This document shows, in pieces, positions 33,785 through 46,995 of a DNA stretch of 64,000 nucleotides (position 1 is its first letter; the number at the start of each line of letters is the position of its first letter). Made by a program: the position numbers and the translations under genes. The notes under the pieces are model-generated. The model was not told the origin of the DNA, did no database searches, and worked only from the letters and a program-made list of their open reading frames with translations. Origin of the DNA: Saprolegnia diclina VS20 (Eukaryota). The stretch covers positions 237,087 through 301,086 of the forward strand of contig NW_008246095.1 of NCBI RefSeq assembly GCF_000281045.1. Reading direction: 5' to 3'.

Positions 33785-36700
33785 ATGGCGTCGCCGCTCC
33801 AGCGCTCCGAGAGCGTCGGCGAGAGCGCGGGGCTCCTCTCGCCTGCGCGCAAGAGCTTTGCGAGCAAGATTCCTCGGCGCAAAGAAGCGATCGCGGCCGC
33901 CAAGCAGCTCGCGGCCAGCGACAACCAGGCGGACGAGCAGCTCGCAGACGAGCCCAGTGACGGTGGCAACAACAATGGGCCAAGAAAGGTCGACCGGCAC
34001 CAAGCGTTCATCAAAGAGCTGGAGGAGAAGAAGCGCAAGGAAAAGGAGGCCGAGGCGGCCGAGGCTGACCGGCAGCGAAAGCTCCGGCTCAAGCTGCGCA
34101 AGAGCATTCTACAGCGCGCCGCTGCGGTGCGCGCCGTCGAGCCGACGCCTAAGGAAGAGACACCGGAAGAGACGCCAGCGCCATTCACGTCCGTAGAAGC
34201 TTCGCTCTCTGTGGCTCATGCTGCCGACGCGTAGCGAAGAGTCGCCAGAAGAGAAGAAGGCGCGGACAGCAGCGCAGAAGAAGCTCTTGCTCAAGCAGCA
34301 AGTACGCCCTCTGCTTGCTTCCAACCCAGGGGCTGCATACACTATGCTCTAGGCTGTTTTGGAGGCGCTCCAAGCCAAGAAGCGAAAGGAGCAAGTCGAT
34401 GAAGAGGCCGAGCGCCAAAAGTCGACCAAGAAGAAGGAGGCGGCGCGCAAGGCCGCGTTGGGCACGCAGGTCGACACGGTCTTTAGATGACTCGTATGCA
34501 TCATGTCGATAGGAGGTATCGAGTCGCATGCAGGATGCGCTCGAGAAGTTCAACTCGTCCGTGGCGATGGCGGCCGCTGGCAGTGCCGTCGCCGCGGTCC
34601 GGCTCAAGAAGGACAAGGACGACGAACCCAAAGAGGTGTTGACACCCGAAGAAATGGAGCGGCGGTACAGTAGCCTTCGCTCAGTGACACGAGCAGACCC
34701 ATGCCTGCTAGTCTGCAGCAGCAGGAAGCGATCAAGAAGAAACAAGTCGAATACTTGAGCAAGCTCGCGGACGAGCGCAAGCAGAAGCAGCTTGACGACG
34801 AAGAAAAGAAGGAGCTCCTCGAGAAGAAGCGGCAAAAGGTGCGCGAGGAAGCGCTGCAGCGACACGAAGCGGCCAAGTTGGCGGCCGCTGAGAAAGCCGC
34901 GGCGGCACCACAGGTCGTAGCCGAGCCCGAAGTCGAAGAGAAGCCCAAGGTCAACGTCGAAGGTACGACTTTGTATTCGCACGCAAGATACCTCAGGGTG
35001 TGTAGCGATGGTGTCGCGATTGAGCAAGCTCAAGCCCACTGAGGCGCAGCTCGTGCCGGAAGCCAAGGACTTTGCATCCTGGAAGAAGCGCAACGGTGTG
35101 TCACCCGACACCAAGGTGAGTGGATGCGACGTTGACGCAAGCGACTCGAACGACGCCTAGGTGTTTTGCCTCACGGGGTGGTATCCCGTCATCAAAGAGA
35201 CACTTGAAACCCGCGGGTGGTTCCACAACGTGGACCGCAACAGTCCATATTTCGACCTCAAGTGGGCGCTCAAGTCGGATGACCTCAAGAACGTCAAACT
35301 CAACGAGGACCAGGTACCCTCTCGACGAACCGTCCATATCTTACCAGAGTATGGATGCATTAGCTCGTGAACCATTTTATGCAAAACACGGCGATTACAA
35401 CCAAAGTGGGCCTGCTCCACAACCTTCGCAAGTCGGACGACACCGCCTTCGTTTCCGACATTGACACATACTCCATATTGTAGCATTACATGGTTTCTCA
35501 GCGAAGACATCGACTCGTTCTTTCCGCGTGCGTATGACCTCAACGAACCGTCCGACATGCAAGCGTACATACAAGACTACCGCTACATCCACGCCGAAGG
35601 CATGCTCAAGCGCCTCCACGCCGCCTACAAAACATCATCCGCGCCCGTAAACCTTGGCGTGCTCGACGTGCTCCTCTCGGTCTGTCGAAAGCGCACCGAG
35701 ATCCTTCCCGACGATGTCTTGGATAATGCCGATGCCTGCGGTCTCATGTCATCTTTACACCAGATAATGACCTCAAATGGCGCATAGGCATCGAGCCCGT
35801 GGTCACGGACCTGCAGTGGGAGGTGCTCACGCGCTGTTCGCCAACGTCGCCGAGTGCGATCCGCGGGTCGTTCCAGTTTGTCAAGCCCGCTGTTGTACTC
35901 GACCCGAACGCGCCCGCGACCGAAATGACCCCCAGCGAGCAGCGCGAGGATGCTCGGCTCGTCAAGAAGCAAGAAAAGTACCTCGGTACGGCGCAGACAT
36001 CACGTCTGTCGGTGCGAATGCCTTGCGGTATGTAGAGGCGGCGTTTGCCAAGGAGAAAGTGCGTCTCAACGCGCTCTTGGGCCAAGTGGAGGTATTGTCG
36101 CCCGAGACCGTCGCCGTGGTGCAGTCCCTCTACGATGGTGCGGCAGGATTCATTCGTTGGACATGGTTTTTCAACGAGCGCGCGTAGAACTCGCATCGCT
36201 TTGCCCGCAATTTCACTTGAACGGCGCCGACTGCAAGAACGTTTGGATCGTCAAGCCTGCGGGTTAGCTCCTCGCGTGTATGAAGCAAAATGCGATAGTT
36301 GCATAGGAATGTCGCGGGGCCGCGGCATTCGGGTCTTCAACCAACTGCACGAGCTGCTTGCATACGCTGACGTCGAGAACCACAAGGAGTGTCAATGGAT
36401 CGTACGTACCTAAGCGCGTATGTCTTCTTCGTCTCAGCGGATCGAGTAGGTTCAAAAGTACATTGAGAATCCGCTCTTGGTGTGCAACCGCAAATTTGAC
36501 ATTCGCCAGGTTCCGTCTCTCCCGTTCATGTCGAGGTCGTCACACTTCGGTAGTGGGTCTTTGTCACGTCGTGGAACCCGCTCACGGTGTGGTTTTACAT
36601 GGACTGCTACCTCCGGTTCAGCTCGGAAGAGTACCAAGTCGACGACCTCGTACAGGCGAAGGCGCCCACTTGTGTTCTGATCGAACGGCGTAGAGCGACC

Positions 36701-37662
36701 AATATGTGCATTTGACCAACAACTCGATCCAAAAGTTTGGTGACAACTTTTACAAGGCGTACTCGACCGAAGACGGCTCGATGACGGTCGAAGGGTACGT
36801 TGCCGATAAAAGTATGTATTTGCTCACGAGTCGACTAGCAACATGTGGCACTCGGACGACTTGCAAGCGTACTTGACCAAGCGGTATGGCCTCGACGCCG
36901 CGACGGGCCAAAGCATTTGGCTCGCCCATATCCAGCCGCGCATGAAGCAGATCGTGTCGTGGTCGCTTCAGTGCGTGCAAGACACGGTGCACCACCGCAA
37001 GAACTCGTGCGAGCTGTACGGCTACGACTTTATGATCGACGACCAGTTCAAGGTGCTCCAAGCGGTCAATATGCGCGTCTCGCCCAACGACCTCGTAGCC
37101 ATGGCTCATCGAGGTCAACAGCAGCCCTGCGTGCGACTACAGCACGCCGATCACCAAGCGGTACGTCGAGACGGGTCTCCAAGACATTCTCAAGGTCATG
37201 CTCGACGTGCGCGAGTACGATATGGCCAAGCGTCGCAACAGCCAAGTACGTAAAATGCTCTTGGTATGTATACCGTTACCCACGTAGACCAAGATGTCCA
37301 AGCCCGACACGGGGCGCTGGGAGAACATTGTCAAAGCCGAGTTCATTGCAAAGCCCCTCTCGTCGTTTGGCGGCTCGGATTTCGAAGTGCGCGGGAAGAA
37401 GCTCTCCAAGAAGAGCCAGCGGGCCATCAACCAAGCGTGCTTGGCCCGCGCATCGGCGATGGCAGACGAGGCAGTACCGAGTGAAGAGGCAGCAGCCCCC
37501 GAGAGCGGCGAGCCGACGACGAAGGAAGATTTGGGCGACGTTGTGGACGAGCCGGCGGACGACAGACCCGCCATGCCCAACGAAAACGAGATCAACAACG
37601 ATCGTATAGAGTCGGGTCCGACCCCACACGACTTGCCGCCCGAGCTCGACGAGCTACTATAG
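33785..37662 (+). CDS. Tubulin-tyrosine ligase-like protein, TTLL3/8 (glycylase)-like, with a long N-terminal coiled coil
   Basis: NVWIVKPAGMSRGRGI, QKYIENPLL, KFDIRQW, WNPLTVWFY, HLTNNSIQK, ELYGYDFM and PWLIEVNSSP. Confidence 0.87.
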
Positions 37663-37754
37663 AGGTTTATCCACTGCGTACATGCCACCGCCTCGAGCGC
37701 CGCGGTGGTCGCTGTAAAATGAATCAAGCGTATATTAGATATATAGTTGAGGCC

Positions 37755-38568
37755 TCACTGAAGGAGCTTGATGCAGCCGTTGAGAATGCCCTTGGCGCTC
37801 TTGACGACAATTCGACCTGTTGCTACGATAGGATAATATCCCATTAGATGGATGCATCGTCAAGAGAAGTGTACTGTTGAGCGCAGCGACGCCACCGGGA
37901 AACGCCGAGAGGAGAAAGTACCCAAGCGTAATGAGCTGGAGCGATGCGCTGAGAATCACGTAGACGTAGCTGCCCATGATAAGGCATGCGTAGAGGGTCG
38001 TAACGAGCGAGCTCAAATACAACGTCGTCAGTAGCAAGTGCGTGGGCTGCACGAGCGAGAGACAGTAGCTCCTCCAGCCTCGCAGCGCTGCGATCGCCGA
38101 GAGCGCAAGCACACTACCAAGCGAGAAGCTCAGCGCAAACTTGGACGGACGGATAAGCAGGAGCGGCAAGAAGAGCGAGGCCATGCCAAAGAAGAGGCCC
38201 GAGAGCAAGATGAGCATGACGAACGTTTTGAAGCGCTGCGGATAGCTCTTCATGGCCTCCATTTGCGCTGGCGACATGGTCGACGAGCTCTTGCTCTTGA
38301 TGTTGCCCCAGAGCGACTGCAGCGCGGCTTGTGGCGTCAAGAGCGGCGACACGTCGCTGCCCTCGCCGCCCTCGAGGTCGGGCTCCGAGCCGACGGTGCT
38401 GGCCTCGGACGCCGTTGGCGTCGCTGGCGCTTGGAGGTTCGTCATGATGTTCTGCCCCCAAGATGAGAGCGACGAGAAGGACTTGGAGAGGGCGGCGGCT
38501 GCGGGCGACGACGCGGCTGGCCCGGCGCCCCACTGCGCTCGCACGCTTGCTGCAGAGACCTCGACCAT
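37755..38568 (-). CDS. SFT2: SFT2-like vesicle transport protein (Got1/Sft2 family)
   Basis: Four TM helices, RPSKFALSFSLGS and YFLLSAFPGG. TGA at 37755-37757 after a final intron. Confidence 0.85.
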
Positions 38569-38877
38569 CGCGAACTGAATTGTCGCGGTATCCGGATGTG
38601 TGCGCTATTTCGGCCCTTCCCACGCCACGTGGGAAATTCGAAATCCCACATTCAACGCGACGCGTTTTAGGTTAAACGAGTAAAACGGAATGCCACGCTA
38701 ATAGCCAGGCTCTACACGGTGTGGGGCGGCGCTTGCATCAGTATATGTTACGTTTTTCAGATTGACGGCTTTAACCGGTGCGTATAATAGAAAAATGACA
38801 ATATAACTTGTTTCTAACAGTGTCGAACACCGCAGAGCGGATTGTTACGACGGCAAATCCAAAGGTGCCAAGGTGCG

Positions 38878-39392
38878 ATGGCGGACCAAGTGACAACGAT
38901 GATGGACGGGCTCCATGTGGCCCAAGACCCGGCGGCGGCGGACGGCGCGCGGATCATCAACTTTAGCAGCAAGTTTGTCGACCAAGCCTTCAACGTGCAG
39001 GTAGGCACTCTGTCGTGATGCTAGTACAGCGCGTTGACCCTGGCATTGTGGCAGCTCTGGCTTCTGGAGCACGCGTGCTTTGTGTGGATCGGGTTGACCA
39101 GCGACGCAGCCGCGCTTGGGTGCGACGCTTGCTTCTACTTGGCTCGTTGGACTCACAGGACCGGATTAGCTCGCTCTCGACCGCCATCAAGACTCCGTAC
39201 GACCCGTTCCCGCTCGCCGCGAGTCTCCTCGGCGGCCCCGGCGACGAGGCCGAAGCGCAGATTGCACAGCGCCTCGTGCTCAAGACGAAGAAGCAAGTCT
39301 TTGTGAGCTGCAATCTCCCGGACGACCCCGAACTCGCTGCGTTCGTGGAGCGTGCCATCTTGGCGCGACTGCGCGACGAAGCGTTCGTGTAA
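38878..39392 (+). CDS. PSMG4: Proteasome assembly chaperone 4
   Basis: FVWIG...LGSLSTAI, ASLLG and IAQRLVLKTKKQVFVSCNL. Confidence 0.83.
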
Positions 39393-39450
39393 TAACCTTC
39401 CCAATCCCGTCCACTGTATACTGTTCTTTGCAGACGCGTTACAGGCTCGT

Positions 39451-41157
39451 CTAATGCAGAGCAAACTCATGCTGGCCATCGTAGTGGCTCGCCTTGACGG
39501 CGTCCGACGCGTGGCAGGCTTCGCAAAGGTCGTAGTCAAAGCACGTCCTAGAGACACCAGCGTTAAACGTGCCATGCAGCATGGCGTCCTACGTGCACGA
39601 GTAGCGCGGGGCTTCTTCGCAGTCGACTTCCTCGGCGCAACCGTCGCTACGACAGATGCATGAGGCGACAACACGACGTCCACTGTGTCTCTACCACTGG
39701 AAATAGTCGTCGACGAGCGGCCCCTTCTCGTCGTCGTCCTCGTCGTCGCTCCAGTAGCACGCATCCGTACCAAAGCAATAGACATTGGGTTCGTGGTGGT
39801 GGGGCGACCCCGCCACCGTCGCTGCCTCGTCGTTCGTCGTCGCCATGGCGTGGTGCAAATATTCGACGACTGTGTCACAGGCGCCGAGAAGCTCCACGTC
39901 AAAGCCATCCGTGCCCCGCGCAATGACCGACTCCATGTTGATGAGCAGCTGCGGCACGTCGCGCGGCAAGTAGGCGGGGATGTCCGAGACCGGCGACACT
40001 TGCAAGGACGTGCCAATCACAATGAGAAGGTCGACCTACGAGTTGTGGTTGCAGCTCAGTGCTGGCTGTGTGGTCAATGGCATACCTTGGGTGCGTCCAT
40101 GGCCAGTGACTCACGAATCGAAGGCGCAAGCGCTTGCCCAAAAAAGGTAATGTCGGGCTTCATGACACCGCCGCAGTCGCAGCGCGGAATCGCATTCGCC
40201 GCTACGACCTCGGACAAGCGCAGCGTAGACGTCGGCGCGTTCTTCCTAGGCACAGCACAATGTCATCAGTAACGACGACAAGGACATAGGAATGGTAGTA
40301 CCCGCACAGCATGCAGGACGCGGTGGCGAGGGACCCGTGGCAGGCGACGACGTTCGGGACACCGGCATCCGCCTCGAGCCCGTCAATGTTCTGAGAGTAG
40401 ACGCGGAGGAGCTTCTTGGCGTCATGGAGCTCGCGCAGAAAGCGGTGCGTGCGCGACGGTGTATACGTGCCATTGAAAAAGTCCATGGCAAAATGGAAGA
40501 ATGGGGACGGGTCGGAGCGGAAGAAATCAATGTCAAAGAGCGCTTCCGGTTCGGGCAGCTACGGGATTCCCAGGCGCCATGAGCAACCAAGTCGATGGAA
40601 GCGAGAATGACGATGTACGTTGAGACCCATCTTTTGGATGATGGTGTAAATGCCATTCTCGGAGCGAAAGTCGGGGATGCCACACGACACGCTGATGCCG
40701 GCGCCAACGAGCACGACAATGTTCGTGGCTTCGCGCAGCAGTCGCACCGCGTCGTCGAGCGACGTGGCATTCGGCAGCCGGTAGCGCGGGCCGCGGGGCA
40801 AGCACTAGGTCGCACAATTGGTCCTCGGCGAGGATGGCAGGCGCGTAGTACCTTGGCGCAGAGCGCTGTTGCGCTCGGGTCACGCTTCATGGCGCACACG
40901 CGGTGAAACCTAATTCGGCACGTCAGCATCGAGCATCTTAGCGCGGCGACGCACGGGCTGTCGCAGTTGACGCAGGGTACGACGTCACCGGGCTCGTGGC
41001 ACCACACGCAGACAGGCGGCCGCTTCTTGGTTGCCATTGCTTGCTTGGGACTCTCGACGTCCGGGATCAATTGGCCCGTGTTGAGGACGGCGTAGTCGCT
41101 ATCGCGCTTGACGCCTCTCGGCAGCCGCTCGCGCTCGCCCGTCGTCCCGTCGCTCAT
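39451..41157 (-). CDS. Class I sirtuin (Sir2/SIRT1-like) with an N-terminal PHD finger and a C-terminal ZZ zinc finger
   Basis: Sirtuin motifs GAGISVSCGIPDFRS, YSQNIDGLE, CHGS, KPDITFFG and IGTSLQV. Spliced PHD CVWC..CVNC..HRVC..CAKC. Spliced ZZ CDGC..RYSCTTCFDYDLCEAC..H..H. Confidence 0.88.
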
Positions 41158-41900
41158 CTTGATTGGTACCCACGGCCAAGGTCCCAGCGACGTTTAAACA
41201 TGGGTAAAACACGATGTCGACACACATCAGAGTCCGCGTTGGACCGTATTCGTTCGTTCCTGAATGCAGGTAGGAGCTGCATGCACTCTGCTGCGTTTGC
41301 ACTTGCTCAACGTACGCAACTCCCGGAAGGCAGCTGCTGTGGTCCAACGTACCAAGCCTCTACTTGACCAAGATCCCGCCACCGTGGCACTCCTGGCAAC
41401 AGCTTTTACGGCAAATGTAGCTTCTGTGTGCATAATTGTCCATCTTTGAGAGGTATATCTTTGCAACGCGTCCTGCCAGCATCGAGTTAGCGGCGTCGTT
41501 GGCAGGTCCACCGACTTTACCGCATGTAGTGCGCGTTTAACGTGTGGCGCGCGTTTAAGTGTCGGTTAAACGCAATCGGGCAACTGTGGGCAAGATCGTT
41601 CGTATCCGGATGACGTATATAGTGTGTTCAAGCAACGGTATCACTGGATATACTGTGTGAACCCGTGAGTTACTGTAGCAGCGCAGGGCGCGAACGGTTG
41701 CAACATCTACGCAAAGCCTGTGACTGCATGCACGGTGCACAGCGTAGACTCGCACCAGTATACAATGCACAATCTTCGATGGCCTGCTGCTGCGCTGCGT
41801 GCGACACGTTCGATACCAAATAGTGTCATATGACACTATATCCGTGATCGCCATTAGACTCGAGGAACCGCAGATCCAAACTTGCAGTCAGCTCCGTATA

Positions 41901-44062
41901 ATGGCGTCGACCGTGAACCTGACCGAGCGTCTCCCGAACGCCAACCTCAAGGTCGCCACCGTCGGAGCTATGCGATCTGATATAGTGTTACTCTAGGCTA
42001 CCTACTGCCCGCAACCGACGACGACGCGTGGCGCCCCCACCGTCCTCGGCGTGCACCCGAAGGAGCCCAAGATCATCTACTGCTCCGGGAAGCTTGTCGT
42101 GATCCGCGACCTCGAAAACCCTGCCAACTGCCTTATCTACCAAGGCCACAACAGCCCGACGACGGCTGCCAAGATCTCGCCCAATGGCTACTGGGTCGCC
42201 TCGGCCGACACGTCGGGCAAGGTCCGCGTCTGGTACATCTTGGTCAGCATGACAAGCCTTGACAACGATGACGATCATTAGGTCGTACGACAACCCGGAA
42301 CACACGCTCAAGGTCGAAGTGCCGGTGTTTGCTGGTGAAGTCAAGGACTTGAGCTGGGACCCGGACAGCAAGCGCATTGTCGCTGTCGGTGATGGCCGTA
42401 CGCTCCTCGCTCGCGTACGCCTCCACTTTCGAGCCAAATGCGTCAACTTACGTGTTGCCAATAGGTCTTTATGTGGGACACGGGCAACAGCATTGGTGAA
42501 ATCGCGGGCCACCAGAAGCGCATCTTGAGTGTCGACTACAAGCCGACGCGGCCGTTCCGCATTCTTACGGCGTCCGAGGACTTCAACGTATGCGCGTTCG
42601 AGGGCCCGCCGTTCAAGTTCAAGCACTCGATGCAGAGCCACACCAACTTTGCCAACTGCGTCCGGTACTCGCCGGACGGCAACTACGCCGTGAGTGTCGG
42701 CTCGGACAAGGGCATGGTGCTCTACGACGCCAAGACGAGCGAGAAGCTCTCGACGTTCCCTGTCGTACGTACCCCTAGCACTTAGCAAGCTCGTGAGTGA
42801 TCATTTTCATATAGGCCCACGCGGTCTCGATCTACTCGGTCGCTTGGAGCCCGGACAGCAAGCAGCTCCTCACGGCGTCGGGCGACAAGACGGTCAAGCT
42901 CTGGGACGTCGAGACGCTCTCCGTCGCGACGACGTTCACCTTTGGCAACACGATCCAAGACATGCAGCAGGCTGTTGTGTGGCACGGCGACTACATGGTG
43001 TCGCTCTCGCTCTCGGGCAACCTCAACTACCTCAGCCTCGCGACGCCCGACACGCCGTCCCGGTACGCTTACCCATGACTTGGTCATTTTCTTCTTACTA
43101 TCGTATGTACATTAGGGTTGTGTATGGCCACCAAGTGAGCTTGCAAGCGCTCGCTATCGACCGCGACGAGAACAAGTTTTTCACGGGCAGCTACGACGGC
43201 GTCGTGTGCGCGTGGACCGGTGCGTGTGCGCACCGCTTTGGCGGCGACGTGCACACGGCCAAGATCACGTGCATTGACGCCATGGGCGGTCTCCTCGCGA
43301 GCGGTGGCTGGGACGACAAGGTCCGGTTCGGTGCGGTCGCTGACGAAGCGTATGCGTCGAGTGTCGAGCTCAACGGCGCGCAGCCGACGGGCCTCGCACT
43401 TGCGACGCACGGTCCGTCGGACAGCTTTATGTGCGCCGTGAGCTCCAACAAGGGCGTCAAGCTCATCGTGAACGGGACGCTTGTGCACGAGACGGCCAAC
43501 TTTGCGTGGACGGGCACGTGCATCGCCGTGCACCCCTCGGGCGTACGTTCGATGCTCGTGGAGATCCTGGAGACGCTAACTCTACCTATAGACGCAACTC
43601 GCGGTCGGTGGCCAAGAAGACAACACGATCCATCTGTTTGACGTCGTGTACGGCGCCGACGGGTCCTTCCAGCTCACGGAAACGGCTCCGCTTACCGGCC
43701 ATCTGGGTGCCTTGACTAGCATTGCGTACTCGCCGGACGGGTCGCTCTTGGCGGCCGGCGATGCGTACCGCGATGTGCGTGTGTGGGACATTGCCTCGCG
43801 CGAAGCCAAGGTCGCGGGCCAGTGGGTCTTTCACTCGACGCGCGTGACGACGGTCGCGTGGTCGCCGAGCGGCCAGTATGTGGTCAGCGGCGCCCTCGAT
43901 GGGCACATTTTCGTATGGAACGTCGAGAAGCCGAGCGCGCGCCACCAGTTTGACTATGCGCACGAAGACGGCGTTATGGGCGCCAAGTTCATGGCCGACG
44001 ACCAAATCATCTCGATCGGCAACGACGCGGCCGTGCGCACGTGGTTCCTCCCCGCGTTCTAA
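41901..44062 (+). CDS. WDR1: Actin-interacting protein 1 (WD40)
   Basis: [47 protein letters not shown] and WVFHSTRV. Confidence 0.92.
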
Positions 44063-44465
44063 GTTCTTAGTCGTAATGCTACGACCAAATTCCGTCCTCG
44101 ACCCTGCCGCAACGCAGTCGAGACGGCTTCGTTGGTCCTGCACTTCATGGATTTGCGATGCCCATGGGTGCGATTTGACGCTGGGAATCTCGGCATCTGG
44201 GGTTCAGATTCAGGGCACCATGATCCGAGACGGTCGCAGCTCTGAGTCCTGAGGCATGTGGCAAGCGCCAAGAGGGTATTCCGGTAGACGGTCCCATGGT
44301 GCTGGGTCATAGAACATGCGTTCTGTCGCAGGAAGCGTCCGAGGAAGCGGAAGGGGGCGTGGATATGACGTGGCACGCTCCCGTGCGTCGCGCCGGGGCG
44401 GGTTCGAGTACGGACTAAGTGCGATTTGGGGGCGGACCTACGTCGTCGCATTCTTTGGAAGCAAG

Positions 44466-46013
44466 ATGACCGAGGGGAAGATCGTGAGCCTCAAGTACCC
44501 GGTCTTTGGCCTCGACTGGCAGCGCGACCCGGACGACATCTCGTTCGTGGCCATCGCGGGCGGCGGCGGCTCGGCCAAGAGTGGCATCAAGAACTGCGTG
44601 GTACGACGACGATGGCCTCGGCGCGGCAACCTGCATCCCTCTGTAGACCTTGGCCCGCCTTCCGCATGCGCTCGACACGGCGATCAAGCCGACGCTCGTA
44701 CCGTTCCATGAGATTGACACGGGCGACGACCTTGTCTCTGGCGTCTCGATTGGCACCAAGGTTATCGAAGTATTCAAACTACGAAGGGGATGCGACGCGC
44801 TGTGTAGGGCGGCCTCGTGGCGCTCACAATGGGCAACAAGACGGTGATCTACCGCGTGCGCATTGGCAGCAAGACGTACGACCGCGTAAAGGCTGTACCC
44901 CACTCAGTCATAGAATAGGACTTCGGCCCACGTCACTGAATTCCAAACGGACTTCGCCAAGGACGATAGCTACCAAGTACGTCGAGAGGTGATACCACGT
45001 GTCGAATGACTGAGCACGTAGAGCGTTCTGCGGTTCAGCCCTGATGGAACGAAGCTCGCCACCGGCGGCGAAGATGGCACCGTCCGCGTGTGGGAGCTTA
45101 CCATCCCCGACCACGACGACGACGAGACCTTTGCGAAGGGGTTCAAGGCCACCGAAGTCGCCAAGCTCGACGGTCACAGTGGGTGCATTAGTGGGCTCTC
45201 GTGGCATGCGACCAACACCAAGGTGCGCGCCCTCATGGACGATACATTCCCATCTCATCGCCGTATGTATGTAGCTCTTGACATGTGCCAAGGACGGACA
45301 GTGCTTTCTATGGGCGCTCACCGACAACAAGAAGAAGAAGACGTGGACCAAGACTGGCAAGCTGGGTCTCGCCGGGGAGCTTGCTCTCCAGAAGCTCGAC
45401 GCCAAGGCCAACCGCGGCAAGTTCATCTACCGGGCGTGTCACTTTCACCTCGACGAGATCGTGACGCTGCAGACGCCGGCGCGGGGCTCCTCGTATTTGA
45501 CCAAGTGGGCGATCGGCGACGGCGGCAAGCTCTTCTCGGAAGTCGCGAGCGTTCCGATCAAGGACGTCATTGTGTGCTCGATGGCGATCAAGTACGCTGC
45601 TGACCGACGATTACCATGTTGCAGGCACTCATGATGTGTAGCCTGCGCTACATAGCTTGCGGCTCCAGCGACGGGCAGCTGCTTCTCTTCACGTACGACG
45701 CGCTGCGTCTCCTCAAGACAATTTCGGCGCACTACCTTCCGTCGACGGGCCTCGCGTTCATCCCGCCCATGCTCCTGTAGGTAGCGAGGTAGCGTTGTCG
45801 TCTCATGCACCTCATTGTAGCGACCCGAGCGACCATGACGACGACCGGATCCGCGAGTACGAAGACGACTTGACGGTCCTCTCTGGCTCGGCCGACTACT
45901 CGCTCTACCTCGTCTCGGGATTCCAGCCGACGCGATGGGTGCAGCTTGCGATCTTCCTCCTCGTCTTCCTCTACCTCGCCTTCTTCGCCTACCTTGGCGA
46001 GAGCTGGAAGTAA
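44466..46013 (+). CDS. SEC12: SEC12/PREB-like Sar1 GEF (WD40 plus C-terminal TM)
   Basis: YPVFGL..., the K-loop AGGGGSAKSGIKN, WD repeats, SGSADYS and the TM WVQLAIFLLVFLYLAFFAYL. Confidence 0.85.
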
Positions 46014-46378
46014 ACGTAGTACATCGCCAGTACGCATGGCTAATGCTAGTCGTCGTACTCTCCTCTTCCGCCTTCATGCATGCATGCACCTCTCCGCGAC
46101 TCGGTCGGCGCCGCATCCTCTTGCGTGTGGCATCGATATGACACTATTTGCGTTTGACGCGAAATTAGTCTGCTAACACACACTATTTCAACAATTGGAA
46201 TGATGTGGCTGGGGATTGGTCGAAACTCGGGGAAGCATGGATGCGGATTGGTCGAAAAGAAGAGCGTTGGAGAGCCAACCAAAAGGGTGCTTGAAAAGAC
46301 TGGTTTTGGCGGCCGGGGGTAAATTTCGCCTCCATATTGAGCAATTGGCTTTAATTCCACAGCTACCTCAAGACCAAA

Positions 46379-46995
46379 ATGGTGATCAAGTACGTGCCCG
46401 CGCCGAGCAGCAGCAGCAGCATGCACAGAGGCTCATGCGCATCATCCGAATAGGACCGACACTTGCGCGTTCAGCGAAAGCCGCATCTACCCCGGCCACG
46501 GCACGCGCCTCATCCGCAAGGATGGCAACGCCTTCATGCTCCTCAACTCGAAGTGCAAGTCGCTCTTCTTGCAGCGCAAGAAGCCCGCTAAGATCGTGTG
46601 GACGCTTGGCTGGCGCCGCATGAACAAGAAGCTTCGCGTACGTAGCAAATGCGAAAACGCCATAGAGAAGCTAAGCACGCGAATAGGTCGAGGAAGTCTC
46701 GCGTCGCCGTGCTCGCAAGACCACGAAGATCCAGCGTGCCATCGTCGGCGTCTCGGTTGAGGACCTCAAGAAGAAGCGCAACCAGAAGCCCGCTGTCCGC
46801 GCCGCTGCCCGCGACGCCGCCTTGAAGTACGACCATTTTCGTCTTGAAGTGTGACCGAGGCTCACGAACGAATTTAGGGAGGCTAAGGACCGCACCAAGG
46901 CCAAGAAGGCTGACAAGGCCCCGATCAACAAGGCCATCAACAAGAACGTCGCCCGCGGCGGCGCCAAGAAGGGCGGCAACCGTGGTGCCATCTAA
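46379..46995 (+). CDS. RPL24: 60S ribosomal protein L24 (eL24)
   Basis: MVIKTDTCAFSESRIYPGHG..RKDG..NSKC..WTLGWRRMNKK and QRAIVGVS. Confidence 0.95.

Noticed and set aside
41200..41860. Short ORFs between the sirtuin and AIP1
   Set aside because: There is no consistent exon chain or motif, so I treated this as intergenic.
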